Made by a program: the position numbers and the translations under genes. The notes beneath the pieces were generated by a model. That model ran no database searches. It worked only from the letters and a program-made list of their open reading frames with translations, and had not been told where the DNA came from. A stretch of 64,000 bases of DNA from Candidatus Omnitrophota bacterium (GTDB lineage Bacteria > Omnitrophota > Gorgyraeia > Zapsychrales > Zapsychraceae). The stretch spans positions 24,817-88,816 of the forward strand of contig JANQMA010000012.1 of the NCBI GenBank assembly GCA_028280285.1. The letters are read 5' to 3'. This document shows, one piece after another, positions 46,863 through 56,551 of the stretch; positions within the stretch are counted from its first letter, which is position 1, and each line of letters opens with the position of its first letter.

Positions 46863-48329
46863 ATGGATCTAATCTTCGAAAAATCAGTCAAGGGGCGTCG
46901 CGGCTATGAAAATCCAGCATGTGACGTTGATGTTGTGGCAGAGGTTCCGGTTAATTTAAAGCGCAAAGAGGACTGTGCGTGGCCGGAGCTTTCCGAGCTT
47001 GATGTTGTGCGTCACTTTACATCGCTTTCGCAGCGGAACTATGCGATTGACACGCAGTTTTATCCGCTTGGCTCATGCACCATGAAGTACAATCCTAAGT
47101 TTACCGAAACCGCTTGTCAGACACCAGGACTGGCAGACTTGCATCCATTATTACCACAGCTCAAACAGGGTGAGAAGCACGCGCAAGGGGCGTTGGAACT
47201 CATGTATGAGTTGGAACAGTGGCTTGCCGAGATTACCGGGCTTGATTATTTTACGATGCAGCCGTTGGCCGGCGCACACGGCGAGTTAACCGGCGTTATG
47301 ATGATGGCGGCGTATCACAAGGCCCGTGGTAACAAAAAAAAGTATATTATCGTGCCTGATTCAGCTCATGGGACTAATCCGGCGACAGCATCAATCGCCG
47401 GGTACGATATTATTTCTATCCCGTCCGATCGCGACGGTTCGATGGATATGGAGATTTTAAAACAGCATGTGACCGATGAGGTGGCCGGACTAATGCTTAC
47501 GTGTCCTAATACGCATGGTGTTTTTAATTCTAATGTCGATGAGATTGCGAAGTTGATTCATAGCGTTGATGGCATTATGTATTATGACGGGGCTAATTTA
47601 AATGCGATTCTCGGCCGTTGCCGTCCTGGGGATCTTGGTTTTGATGTGATGCACATTAACACGCATAAAACATTTACCACGCCACATGGCGGAGGGGGGC
47701 CTGGCGCTGGGCCTGTCGGTGTGAATAAAAAGCTTGAACCATTTTTACCGATTTCGCGTGTTGTTAAAAAAGAGGATGGCACCTTTGCGCTTAATTATAA
47801 TTATCCGGATTCCATTGGCTACATTTCTTCCTTTTATGGCAATTTCGGTTTGCTGGTCCGTGCCTTTGCCTACATTGTTATGGCGGGTCAAGAGGGCCTT
47901 AAAGCGGTCAGCGATCATGCGGTCCTTAATGCGAATTATATTCGGGCCAAACTCAAGGATACATTTCATCTAGAGTTCGATCGCATTTGTATGCATGAGT
48001 CTGTTTTTTCGGCCAAACACCAAGCCGCATGCGGCGTGCATGCGGTGGATATTGCCAAATATTTAATTGATCAAGGCATGCATCCACCAACCGTTTATTT
48101 TCCACTCACCGTTAAAGAAGCGGTGATGATTGAGCCGACCGAAACAGAATCAAAGCAAACAATGGACCTGTTTGTTAAGGCGATGAAAGAGGTTGATCAT
48201 CTGAGTCAGGAAGGCCAAACCGATTTTTCCAACCTGCCGCAAACAACACCTGTGACCAGGCCTGATGAAGTAAGGGCTGCACGTGAGTTGAATACGAATT
48301 TTTTTGAATTAAGGGGACACATTACTTAA
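46863..48329 (+). CDS. gcvPB: Glycine dehydrogenase (decarboxylating) subunit 2
   Basis: 488 aa with the PLP-binding C-terminal half of the P-protein (MHINTHKTFTTPHGGGGPGAGP). Confidence 0.85.
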   Translation: MDLIFEKSVKGRRGYENPACDVDVVAEVPVNLKRKEDCAWPELSELDVVRHFTSLSQRNYAIDTQFYPLGSCTMKYNPKFTETACQTPGLADLHPLLPQLKQGEKHAQGALELMYELEQWLAEITGLDYFTMQPLAGAHGELTGVMMMAAYHKARGNKKKYIIVPDSAHGTNPATASIAGYDIISIPSDRDGSMDMEILKQHVTDEVAGLMLTCPNTHGVFNSNVDEIAKLIHSVDGIMYYDGANLNAILGRCRPGDLGFDVMHINTHKTFTTPHGGGGPGAGPVGVNKKLEPFLPISRVVKKEDGTFALNYNYPDSIGYISSFYGNFGLLVRAFAYIVMAGQEGLKAVSDHAVLNANYIRAKLKDTFHLEFDRICMHESVFSAKHQAACGVHAVDIAKYLIDQGMHPPTVYFPLTVKEAVMIEPTETESKQTMDLFVKAMKEVDHLSQEGQTDFSNLPQTTPVTRPDEVRAARELNTNFFELRGHIT

Positions 48330-48376
48330 TTCGATATGTAATAATTAAACTAATTAAGTAATGTGTCCCCTTAATT
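48307..48376 (+). terminator. Perfect 25-bp inverted repeat overlapping the gcvPB stop codon
   Basis: AATTAAGGGGACACATTACTTAATT ... AATTAAGTAATGTGTCCCCTTAATT. The left arm encodes the last residues (LRGHIT*) of gcvPB. Confidence 0.55.
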
Positions 48377-48379
48377 CAC

Positions 48380-49102
48380 ATGATTCTTAAAGATATCTCA
48401 TTCGATATTCCAGAAGAAAATTTATTGTTTGACGATGTTCTTTTACATCTTGCCGATAAAGTAAATGAACAAGAATATTTACGTTTTTGGCAGTCTTCCG
48501 TTTATTTTGTGGTGATGGGGCGTATTAGCCGTGAAGAGGAAGATGTTAACTTTGATGCGATTAAAGCAGATGGTGTGCCTTTGTTGCGTCGCTCATCCGG
48601 TGGCGGAACGGTGATTCAGGGGAAAGGTTGCCTTAATTTTGCCCTTGTCTTGGATAAAAGAAAAAACAGAGAACTGGACGATTTAAAAAAATCATACACA
48701 ATTATTCTGGATCAAATTTGTGCAGCCCTTAAACAATGCGGGATTAAGGCTAAAGTTATGCCGATTTCCGATATTGCGCTTATGAACGATCAAAAAATTT
48801 CCGGTAATGCACAGAAAAGAGGACGTAACTTTATTTTGCATCATGGAACGATTTTGTGTGACTTTGATTTAAGTGTGATTGAGAAATATTTATTTATGCC
48901 GAAAGACATGCCGGATTATCGCAATGGGCGCACACATTTGGCTTTTGTTGGCAATATTGGTGTTGGTGTGGATCAAGTTAAAGAAGCTATACGGTCAGTT
49001 TTTTCTATTAAAGAGGAAGAAAGTGATCTAACAGATCAAGAAAACAATCTTTTAAAAAAATTTATTAAAAGCCATCGTGAAAAAATATGTTTAAACTATT
49101 AA
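48380..49102 (+). CDS. Lipoate-protein ligase / octanoyltransferase family protein (BPL/LplA/LipB catalytic domain)
   Basis: Conserved region RRSSGGGTVIQGKGCLNFALV...ISGNAQKRGRNFILHHGTI. Placement after the gcv operon is consistent with lipoylation of GcvH. Confidence 0.6.
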   Translation: MILKDISFDIPEENLLFDDVLLHLADKVNEQEYLRFWQSSVYFVVMGRISREEEDVNFDAIKADGVPLLRRSSGGGTVIQGKGCLNFALVLDKRKNRELDDLKKSYTIILDQICAALKQCGIKAKVMPISDIALMNDQKISGNAQKRGRNFILHHGTILCDFDLSVIEKYLFMPKDMPDYRNGRTHLAFVGNIGVGVDQVKEAIRSVFSIKEEESDLTDQENNLLKKFIKSHREKICLNY

Positions 49103-50415
49103 ATGCCTGTTGTTTGATGCTATGTGTTATTTGCGCGGGGTGTAATAATAACCAGGATGTTGAAGAGAAAAAAATGACGGTGAGTGTTAACAAAGCACCA
49201 ATCCAATCCTCACAAAAAAAATCAGATTCAGCAGCTCCACTACAAGACGCAGCCTATCAGACCTACATCGATTTTTTTGAAGAAGTGTATGACACGATGG
49301 CTGAAAATTATTATCAGCCTGTTTCCCGCGAAAATTTCGATCGTTTCATTGATTTATTCAATGATAAAATTTACGGACAGCTTTCCGAAACGGGCAAATC
49401 TATTGATTTTATCCGTTGGCGTTCTACCGCTTTTTTAATTGATCATCTCAAAGGCTCCGAAGATGTTTTCTCGGCCTTTTATCCGCCCAAACCGGCCAAA
49501 GAATATGAAGCAACGGCTCTCGGTAAACGCATTGATTTGGGTGTGGAAGGTAATCTTACAGATCAAGGATTCGCCGTGCGCAATGTTGAGATAAGGGCGG
49601 ATGCTTATGAAAAGGGCTTACGCAAAAATGATGTTATTGTTCAAATTGATGATAAAGATGTTGCCAGCCTTGATCAGTCGACCATTATCGATATGTTAAC
49701 ACCTTTGGAAGGAGAGGTGGTGAAACTTAACTATTTTGCGTCTGACGGCACTATTAAAACCATTGAGGTTGTCAGTCGTGAATATTTTAAGCAGATGACA
49801 TTTGTTGTTCCAACAAAACTTCCGGGTGTTTATGGTCTTAGGATTAAGCGGTTTAATCGTAAAACATCGGAAGATATGCTCAGATTTCTTCAAACATTTA
49901 AAAATCTCAAGCCGAATGGAGAAATGATCGGTTTGATTTTGGATTTGCGTGATAATCCCGGTGGCCCGCCTTTGGCGGCGCGTGAGATATCATCGTTCTT
50001 TTTAACACCGGGAGAAATTCTCACTTATTTCAAAAAACACAACACAGACAAAATTGAGTTGGATATCCCGCGTATTCCTGAACAATTTCATGTGCGCGTA
50101 CCAATGGTTATTCTCATCGATGAAAATACCGGTAGTGCAGCGGAAATGTTTTCCGGTGTCATGCAGAGAAAGGGACGCGCCATACTGATGGGAGAAAACT
50201 CTGCCGGACAGGTTATGCTTAAAAGTATGTTTCATTTTGATGATGAATCCATGCTTCTTTTAATTACGCAGCGTGGTCATTATCCCGATGGCGGTGTTTT
50301 TAGTTTTTCTGGATTGACGCCTGAGCGTTTTAATGATCAGATGGATGGGGATGACATTGTTGATTATGCGTCGAAATACTTGCTGTATATTCATAAGAAA
50401 AGTGAAAAAGAATGA
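49087..50415 (+). CDS. S41 family C-terminal processing peptidase lipoprotein
   Basis: Lipobox (CAGCNN), PDZ-like segment and the S41 motif GLILDLRDNPGGPPLAAREISSFF. Confidence 0.65.
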   Translation: MFKLLNACCLMLCVICAGCNNNQDVEEKKMTVSVNKAPIQSSQKKSDSAAPLQDAAYQTYIDFFEEVYDTMAENYYQPVSRENFDRFIDLFNDKIYGQLSETGKSIDFIRWRSTAFLIDHLKGSEDVFSAFYPPKPAKEYEATALGKRIDLGVEGNLTDQGFAVRNVEIRADAYEKGLRKNDVIVQIDDKDVASLDQSTIIDMLTPLEGEVVKLNYFASDGTIKTIEVVSREYFKQMTFVVPTKLPGVYGLRIKRFNRKTSEDMLRFLQTFKNLKPNGEMIGLILDLRDNPGGPPLAAREISSFFLTPGEILTYFKKHNTDKIELDIPRIPEQFHVRVPMVILIDENTGSAAEMFSGVMQRKGRAILMGENSAGQVMLKSMFHFDDESMLLLITQRGHYPDGGVFSFSGLTPERFNDQMDGDDIVDYASKYLLYIHKKSEKE

Positions 50416-50419
50416 TTAA

Positions 50420-50500
50420 TGTTGTTAGTTGCTCGTTGTTAGTTGTTGGATCACAACAACCAACAACCAACAACCAACAACGATTGAAACCTTGCTAACT
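50420..50500. repeat. Unique imperfect inverted repeat (GTTGTTAG words / CAACAACC words)
   Basis: Left arm gttgttagttgctcgttgttagttgttgg and right arm cacaacaaccaacaaccaacaacg have a C-free versus G-free strand asymmetry. Confidence 0.55.
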
Positions 50501-50501
50501 A

Positions 50502-51197
50502 ATGACAGATAAAATTCTCATCATAATCCCCGCTTATAACGAAGAAGAAAGTATTGCGGGTATTATCAAGGAAGTCTTGGCGCTTAATTTGTCTGTTTCT
50601 GTTTTAGTTATTGATGATGGTTCAACAGATAATACAACATCGGTTGCCAAAGATTTGGGAGTTGACGTTATATCGCTTCCGATTAATCTAGGTATTGGTG
50701 GTGCAGTCCAAACAGGATACAAGTTTGCCCAAAAAAATGGTTTTGATATTGCTGTGCAAGTAGATGGGGATGGGCAGCATGATGTGACTTATTTAAATGC
50801 ATTGCTTGAGCCTATTATTAAGGAAGAAGCGGATATGGCCATCGGTAGCCGGTTTATTCCGCCTTATTTAGGTTATCAATCTTCTTTTATTAGAAGAATT
50901 GGTATTAATTTTTTTGCTTATCTGATTAGTTTTTTAACGGAATATAAGGTCACAGATCCAACATCGGGGTTTAGGGCGGTGAATAAAACATTAATTGATG
51001 TATTTGCGGACTATTATCCGGCGGATTATCCCGAACCAGAGGCCATTGTTGTTGCCGGGCGTGTTAAAAGTCGTATTCAAGAAGTTCCTGTTGAAATGCG
51101 TGCACGAAAAACAGGAAACAGTTCTATCCGTTATTTAAAAACATTGTATTATATGATAAAAGTAACATTTGCGATTGTTATGGAGAAATTCAAATAA
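50502..51197 (+). CDS. Family 2 glycosyltransferase (DPM1/GtrB-like polyprenyl-phosphate glycosyltransferase)
   Basis: ILIIIPAYNEEESI...VLVIDDGSTDNT, DxD region (VQVDGDGQHD), 231 aa. Confidence 0.7.
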   Translation: MTDKILIIIPAYNEEESIAGIIKEVLALNLSVSVLVIDDGSTDNTTSVAKDLGVDVISLPINLGIGGAVQTGYKFAQKNGFDIAVQVDGDGQHDVTYLNALLEPIIKEEADMAIGSRFIPPYLGYQSSFIRRIGINFFAYLISFLTEYKVTDPTSGFRAVNKTLIDVFADYYPADYPEPEAIVVAGRVKSRIQEVPVEMRARKTGNSSIRYLKTLYYMIKVTFAIVMEKFK

Positions 51198-51589
51198 TGG
51201 GTATGGCCAATATTATTGCACTTTTAGTTTCTGTTTGTCTTCTTTTATTAATATTTGAATTGTTGCGTGAAGAACGTTTAACATTTAAATATGCCGTAGG
51301 ATGGATTATCCTTGTGGTGCTTGCTATCCTTGGAGCGCTATTTGATGAAAAACTGTTTGAACTGGCGCATTTTTTTGGTTTTGAACTAGCCAGCAACTTT
51401 GTTTTTTTTGCCGTGCTAGCTTTTTTTGTATTTTTAAGCCTGTTTATGACAATATTTTTATGCCAGCAGAATAAAAACAATGATATTATGATTCAAAAAA
51501 TTGGGATGCTTGAGCATGAGGTCAATCAATTAAAGAAAAAGAAAGATTTTCAAGCTAATGGTAAAGATAACAACACCGCAAGCGAATGA
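51197..51589 (+). CDS. DUF2304-type small membrane protein
   Basis: Three TM helices and the LLREERLTFKYAVGW motif. It follows a GT2 gene, which is typical for this family. Confidence 0.5.
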   Translation: MGMANIIALLVSVCLLLLIFELLREERLTFKYAVGWIILVVLAILGALFDEKLFELAHFFGFELASNFVFFAVLAFFVFLSLFMTIFLCQQNKNNDIMIQKIGMLEHEVNQLKKKKDFQANGKDNNTASE

Positions 51590-52220
51590 TTGGGACAATT
51601 ACTGGAGTCTTGATCAGACAAAACGTTTTACTAAGATAAGTTGGTCGAAAAGACGTATTATACATATATTAGACCAGTATTGTGTTAAGGATGGTTTTGC
51701 GCTGGATGCTGGTTGTGGTAGTGGATTTTTTTCTAAATATTTTTGTGATAAGAATATGCAAACAACTGCGCTGGACTATTCACAGGAAGCGCTTGATATT
51801 GCCTTAAAGATGACCAATAATCACGTCGAGACTTTTCAAACTGACTTAACTCAACCAGGCCTTGATAAAAAAGTCAGACACCATTTTGATATTATTTTTA
51901 CAGATGGTCTGTTTGAACATTTTTCTGATGAGCAGCAAGATGTGATTATGCAAAACTTTAAAAGCGTTTTAAAGGATAGTGGTTACATTATAACGTTTGT
52001 TCCTAATAAATGGTCGCCCTGGGAATTAATACGTCCATTTTTTATGCCAGGTATTGAAGAAGATCCTTTTATTATGTCGCGTTTAATTCATTTAAATCAA
52101 CGCAATGAATTAACAGTTGTTGAAAAAAATGGTATTAATACGCTTCCGTTTGCTTTATCGCCTGATAAGCTTTTCGGTTCTGCCTTTGGAATGCTTTTAT
52201 TTACTATTGCGAAAAAATGA
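51558..52220 (+). CDS. Class I SAM-dependent methyltransferase
   Basis: Motif I LDAGCGSGFFSKYF plus post-I and II regions. The start is uncertain, since it overlaps the previous ORF by 32 nt. Confidence 0.6.
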   Translation: MVKITTPQANDWDNYWSLDQTKRFTKISWSKRRIIHILDQYCVKDGFALDAGCGSGFFSKYFCDKNMQTTALDYSQEALDIALKMTNNHVETFQTDLTQPGLDKKVRHHFDIIFTDGLFEHFSDEQQDVIMQNFKSVLKDSGYIITFVPNKWSPWELIRPFFMPGIEEDPFIMSRLIHLNQRNELTVVEKNGINTLPFALSPDKLFGSAFGMLLFTIAKK

Positions 52221-53233
52221 TGAATCAATCTGTCAGTGTTGTTGTTCCTGCCTATAATTGTAGTCAAACAATAGCGGAAGTGATTAAAGCGTTACTTAAT
52301 CAAACCATTAAACCTCAACAAATCATCATTGTTGATGACGGTTCTTCCGACGATACAGCAAGTATTATTAAATCGTTTGATAAAATCACATATATTTATC
52401 AAGACAATGGTGGTCCGGCCACGGCGCGTAATAACGGTGCAAAACACGCCACAAGCGATTACATTTTTTTTACTGATTCCGATTGTGTTGCCCGTAAAGA
52501 TTGGTTAGAAAAGGCGATTATTCATTTTAACCGCGATGATATTGCTGTTGTTTGCGGCAGTTATGACATTGTTAATAGCGAAAGTATTCTTGCCCGTTGT
52601 ATCCACAAAGAAATTTTGTTTCGTCACAATACTTTGATGCCCGATTATCCAAAAGCTTTTGGTAGTTATAATTTTGGTATTCAAAAAGGAGTTTTTGATC
52701 AATTGGGTGGTTTCAATGAACAGTACCGGTTTGCCAGCGGTGAAGACAATGATTTAAGTTATAAAGTTTTAAAGGCCGGCTATAAAATCTATTTTGCTAA
52801 GGATAGTTTGGTTGCACACGTTCATACCCATGTTTTGGCTAAGTATCTGAAAGAACAATTTCGTCATGGGTTTTGGCGTGTCAAAATGTATTTAACGCAT
52901 CCAGAAATGATGCGTGGCGATGATTATACATTTTGGAAAGATATTGTTGAGGTCGGTTTGTGCGAATTGGTCCTTTTTCTGGGATTTCTAGTCATTTTTT
53001 TTCCTCATTTGGTTTTTTACTCTGCTTCAGGGTTGGTTCTATTGGTTTTACTAGAGTTATGGTTTGGGCTTAAAACCGCTGGAAATTACAAAGACGGCAT
53101 TTATTTCGCCTATGTGCTTTTTTTAAGGTCATTTGCACGGTTTTTTGGGTTTTTAACGGGGACAATATGTCTTTTCCCTGTGTTTTTTTTCGTTTTTGTC
53201 CGCAATCGGAATTTGAGCCGCAAGGCCTCCTAA
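52217..53233 (+). CDS. Family 2 glycosyltransferase with C-terminal transmembrane region
   Basis: VSVVVPAYNCSQTI...IIIVDDGSSDDT, DSD motif (FTDSDCV), and 3-4 C-terminal TM helices. Confidence 0.7.
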   Translation: MMNQSVSVVVPAYNCSQTIAEVIKALLNQTIKPQQIIIVDDGSSDDTASIIKSFDKITYIYQDNGGPATARNNGAKHATSDYIFFTDSDCVARKDWLEKAIIHFNRDDIAVVCGSYDIVNSESILARCIHKEILFRHNTLMPDYPKAFGSYNFGIQKGVFDQLGGFNEQYRFASGEDNDLSYKVLKAGYKIYFAKDSLVAHVHTHVLAKYLKEQFRHGFWRVKMYLTHPEMMRGDDYTFWKDIVEVGLCELVLFLGFLVIFFPHLVFYSASGLVLLVLLELWFGLKTAGNYKDGIYFAYVLFLRSFARFFGFLTGTICLFPVFFFVFVRNRNLSRKAS

Positions 53234-53590
53234 AATGCTTATCTTCCCTATTATTGTATTTAGATCAAAATAATGATGTTTTGCGGTGTCCAGTCTGATT
53301 ATTGTTAGTTTTTTGATGTATATCTCCTGAAAGTCCGTGTCACTTATTTTTTCATTTGAATATTTTTTAACAACTGTAATGGCGATATTTTGCGTTTGTT
53401 GCTAAAGACTGATTGTGCAGTATTTTACGCATTTGCTCATATGGAATGATAGTTTTTTACCAGAAATGAAGAAATTTTTATATTTATTCATTTTCTTTAT
53501 ATCCAAATAAAAAATTCCTCCTTGTTTCTCGACGGGTAAGGGGGGTGGCTCAGAAATGTGATTTCTGTGTGAAAATTTTTTATTTTTAGC

Positions 53591-53625
53591 TTGCACACTA
53601 TTTATTACTTTATAACATTATATAT
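53591..53625 (+). promoter_or_regulatory. Candidate sigma70-type promoter giving a leaderless or near-leaderless transcript for the secretin operon
   Basis: TTGCAC (53591-53596), a 16-nt spacer, TAACAT (53613-53618), then ATG at 53626 with no SD. This is pattern match only. Confidence 0.3.
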
Positions 53626-54300
53626 ATGGCCGATAAAGAAAGCGCACAAGATAAGCTAGCTAAGATGATACAGGCATCTGCCAAAAGTGCGGATGCACCT
53701 GCAGATGATCCCGCGGCGGCATTAGCAGCTGCAACAGGAGCCCAACCTGTTGGAGCGGGAGCAAAATCAAAAAAGGGCGCCAAAAAGAATCCTGCTGAGC
53801 TTATTAAACTATTGAACGTCGTTTTGATTGTGGCTGTTGTGGGCTGTTTGGGGCTTTTATTTAATCAGTTTGCGGTAGGCAATAGCTTGATCAATTCAAG
53901 CAGCGAATTTGGGGCGGACATCACGGTTAAAAAAGGACTACGTCCTAATTTAGCCCTACCAACGGTTCAGAGACTTTCGTACTATCTTGCCGATATTAAT
54001 AGCAGAAATATTTTTCAGCCGTTTCAAAGAGAGGTTGAAGAAACGGTGACAAAGGTTTCCGATACAACGCGGGCAGTCGCCCGTAAAACACGCGATTTTC
54101 GTCTTGTTGGGGTGGCTTGGTTTGACTCGGTTGATTCCGCCTCAGCAATGATTGAAGATACAAATAAAAAAGTCACTTATTTTCTTCGCAGAGGCGAAAA
54201 AATAGGGGATGTTTCTGTAAAAACCATTTATGCCGACGGTGTAGAGCTAGGCTATCAAAATGAGGAGATAATAATACAATATGACAAATCTCAACTATAA
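53626..54300 (+). CDS. Membrane-anchored protein, possible secretin-associated PilP/GspC-like component
   Basis: An Ala/Pro/Lys-rich low-complexity N-terminus, one TM helix (LLNVVLIVAVVGCLGLLF) and a periplasmic beta-rich domain. It overlaps the secretin gene start by 20 nt. The functional assignment rests on context only. Confidence 0.3.
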   Translation: MADKESAQDKLAKMIQASAKSADAPADDPAAALAAATGAQPVGAGAKSKKGAKKNPAELIKLLNVVLIVAVVGCLGLLFNQFAVGNSLINSSSEFGADITVKKGLRPNLALPTVQRLSYYLADINSRNIFQPFQREVEETVTKVSDTTRAVARKTRDFRLVGVAWFDSVDSASAMIEDTNKKVTYFLRRGEKIGDVSVKTIYADGVELGYQNEEIIIQYDKSQL

Positions 54301-55864
54301 AATCAAAATGGTTGTTGCAATGGTTGTGTTTTTTGGTTTTGCAACGGCACTCTTGGCGCCTACAGTGTCGCAGGCCAGATCGCCTAAACCCATTGTGATA
54401 AAAAGTATGAACGAAGCAATCTCCCGGCGTATGCAAAGAGAGATCACATTGGATGTTCGCGATATGAATATCGTTGATGTTATCAAATTTCTTGCGCTGA
54501 AAGGAGATTTCAACGTTGTTATCAGTCCAACCGTAGAAGGCCGTGTAACGGTTCTTTTGAATAATGTCAGCATTGAAGATGCGATGGATATTGTCATTAT
54601 TTCTAACCGTTTGGCGTATAAGGTTGAGAATAATATTGTCCAGGTTTTTACAGATGCTGAGTATGAAGCCATTTACGGCAAACGGTTCTCTGATAAAACT
54701 CAGGTGCATATTGTGCGTTTACAATATTCCAAACCAAGCTATGTGTTAGCGGCGCTCGACAATATCAAAAGTAATGTCGGTAAAATCATTATTGACGAGG
54801 ATACGGGTTCTGTTGTGATGATTGATACGGCCGAAGCCATTGGGTTAATGAAAAATGCCCTTAAAGAGATTGAAAGGCCCTTGGAAACAATTACCTATAC
54901 GCTGCAGTATGCCGAAGCCGATATTGTTGCAGAGAAGCTGCGTGCACGGATTGATGCCAAAGCGGTTGGGTCTATCACGCCGGATGAGCGAAGTAATAGT
55001 TTAATTGTGCGTGCTTATCCTGAACGGACAAAAGAGGTGCTTGATATCATTAAAAAGCTTGATACCGAGACTAAAGAAGTCATGGTTGATGCGCGTATTC
55101 TGCAAATTGTTCTTAAGCCGGAATATGATGTTGGTGTTGACTGGGAAGTTGATTTTGATGGTTCTGATAATGCGTTGCGTTTTAGTAATCTCTATTTGGA
55201 TACAGCGAATATATCAAGTACGGATAACCTTGCGTCTACTTTTGGATCGATTGCTGTCGGGGATATCAGCGCAGATGACTTTACAGTCAAAATTCGTTCC
55301 CTTGAGCAAGTCAGTGATACGAAAATTTTATCTAATCCTAAAATTCTTGTAACCAATAATGAAGAAGCTAAAATTCATATTGGCGACACAGTTCCTTATA
55401 TTATCTCGACGACATCAGGGACGGGGGATAATGCGATTACCAGTGAAGATGTGCGTTTTGTCGATGTGGGACTTAAGCTTAATGTCACCCCTAAAATAAA
55501 CGATGAGGGCATGGTGACTATGCGTCTACGACCGGAAATTTCGACAGTTGTTGCTCAAATTACTTCTGAAGGCGGCGGAATTCCGCAGGTTAACAAAACT
55601 GAAGTTGAAACAACTGTTATGGTGCAGGACGGCAATACAATTATCATGGGTGGCCTTAAAAAAGATGATAAGGTGCATGTGAAAAAAGGTTTTCCTGTCC
55701 TCATGGATTTGCCGTGGTTTGGCCCGGTTTTTGGCCGCACAGATGATGAAATCACAGAAACAGAAATCGTTATCTTTATCACACCAACGGTTGTATCAGG
55801 TTATGATACATACGTTGATTATGAAGGAGATATAAAACCGTTTAAAGAGTATAGCATTAAATAA
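54281..55864 (+). CDS. Secretin (type II secretion / type IV pilus GspD/PilQ family)
   Basis: Signal peptide, N-terminal secretin_N-type domains, and the conserved C-terminal secretin domain (GGIPQVNKTEVETTVMVQDGNTIIMGGL...VPVLMDLPWFGPVFGRTDDEITETEIVIFITP). Confidence 0.8.
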   Translation: MTNLNYKIKMVVAMVVFFGFATALLAPTVSQARSPKPIVIKSMNEAISRRMQREITLDVRDMNIVDVIKFLALKGDFNVVISPTVEGRVTVLLNNVSIEDAMDIVIISNRLAYKVENNIVQVFTDAEYEAIYGKRFSDKTQVHIVRLQYSKPSYVLAALDNIKSNVGKIIIDEDTGSVVMIDTAEAIGLMKNALKEIERPLETITYTLQYAEADIVAEKLRARIDAKAVGSITPDERSNSLIVRAYPERTKEVLDIIKKLDTETKEVMVDARILQIVLKPEYDVGVDWEVDFDGSDNALRFSNLYLDTANISSTDNLASTFGSIAVGDISADDFTVKIRSLEQVSDTKILSNPKILVTNNEEAKIHIGDTVPYIISTTSGTGDNAITSEDVRFVDVGLKLNVTPKINDEGMVTMRLRPEISTVVAQITSEGGGIPQVNKTEVETTVMVQDGNTIIMGGLKKDDKVHVKKGFPVLMDLPWFGPVFGRTDDEITETEIVIFITPTVVSGYDTYVDYEGDIKPFKEYSIK

Positions 55865-55889
55865 AACCCAAACCCACAAGAGGTGACCT

Positions 55890-56375
55890 ATGAAATATCT
55901 ATCAGTCAAGCTGACAGCTGTTTTGGCTGTTCTGACGTTTTTGGCCTTTTTTACCGTCGATGTATTTGCCACTCCGGAATCGGTACGTAAGGAGACGCAA
56001 ACATTAAATATTCTAACGCGTATTGATGCCTTTGCTGAAACGGATCCTGTGCTGCGTAGTGATGCGGCCAAGGCGCATTATAACATGGGCAATATTTATT
56101 ATCGCAAAGGGGAATATGAAATTGCGGCCCGTGAGTACTATCAAGCATCAACTTTAATGCCAGATGATCCTGATGTGCACTATAATTTGGCATTTGTGAG
56201 CTCTCAGCACCTATTTGACTATAGAACGGCACTCAAGCATTACAAAATGTACTTATATCTCAAGCCTGGCGCGCGCGATGCCAAGTTTGTTAAAAGAAAG
56301 ATCAATGAAGCGGAGCTTTACATAAGATCTTTGGTTGATTCACCATTGGAAAAATCGATAGAGCGCAGCAGATAA
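55890..56375 (+). CDS. TPR-repeat protein (PilF/PilW-like secretin partner), secreted
   Basis: Signal peptide plus 3 TPR units (AHYNMGNIYYRKGEYEIAAREYYQASTLMPDDPDVHYNLAFV). It lies immediately downstream of the secretin. Confidence 0.5.
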   Translation: MKYLSVKLTAVLAVLTFLAFFTVDVFATPESVRKETQTLNILTRIDAFAETDPVLRSDAAKAHYNMGNIYYRKGEYEIAAREYYQASTLMPDDPDVHYNLAFVSSQHLFDYRTALKHYKMYLYLKPGARDAKFVKRKINEAELYIRSLVDSPLEKSIERSR

Positions 56376-56470
56376 AGCATATTGCTCTCAACAAAAAAAG
56401 TTACAAAAATTTGATCGGTTGGCGTAACTACTTGCTGCAAAATTACTTTTGAAAAAAAACGATTTTTATC

Positions 56471-56499
56471 TTGTAGACGAATTGTGCGATGCATATAAT
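56471..56499 (+). promoter_or_regulatory. Near-consensus sigma70 promoter upstream of the first FGE-domain gene
   Basis: TTGTAG (56471-56476), a 17-nt spacer, TATAAT (56494-56499), about 50 nt upstream of ATG 56552. Confidence 0.45.
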
Positions 56500-56551
56500 A
56501 TCTATAATTAGATATTAGATAATTTCAATCTATATTATTATTTCTTATACT

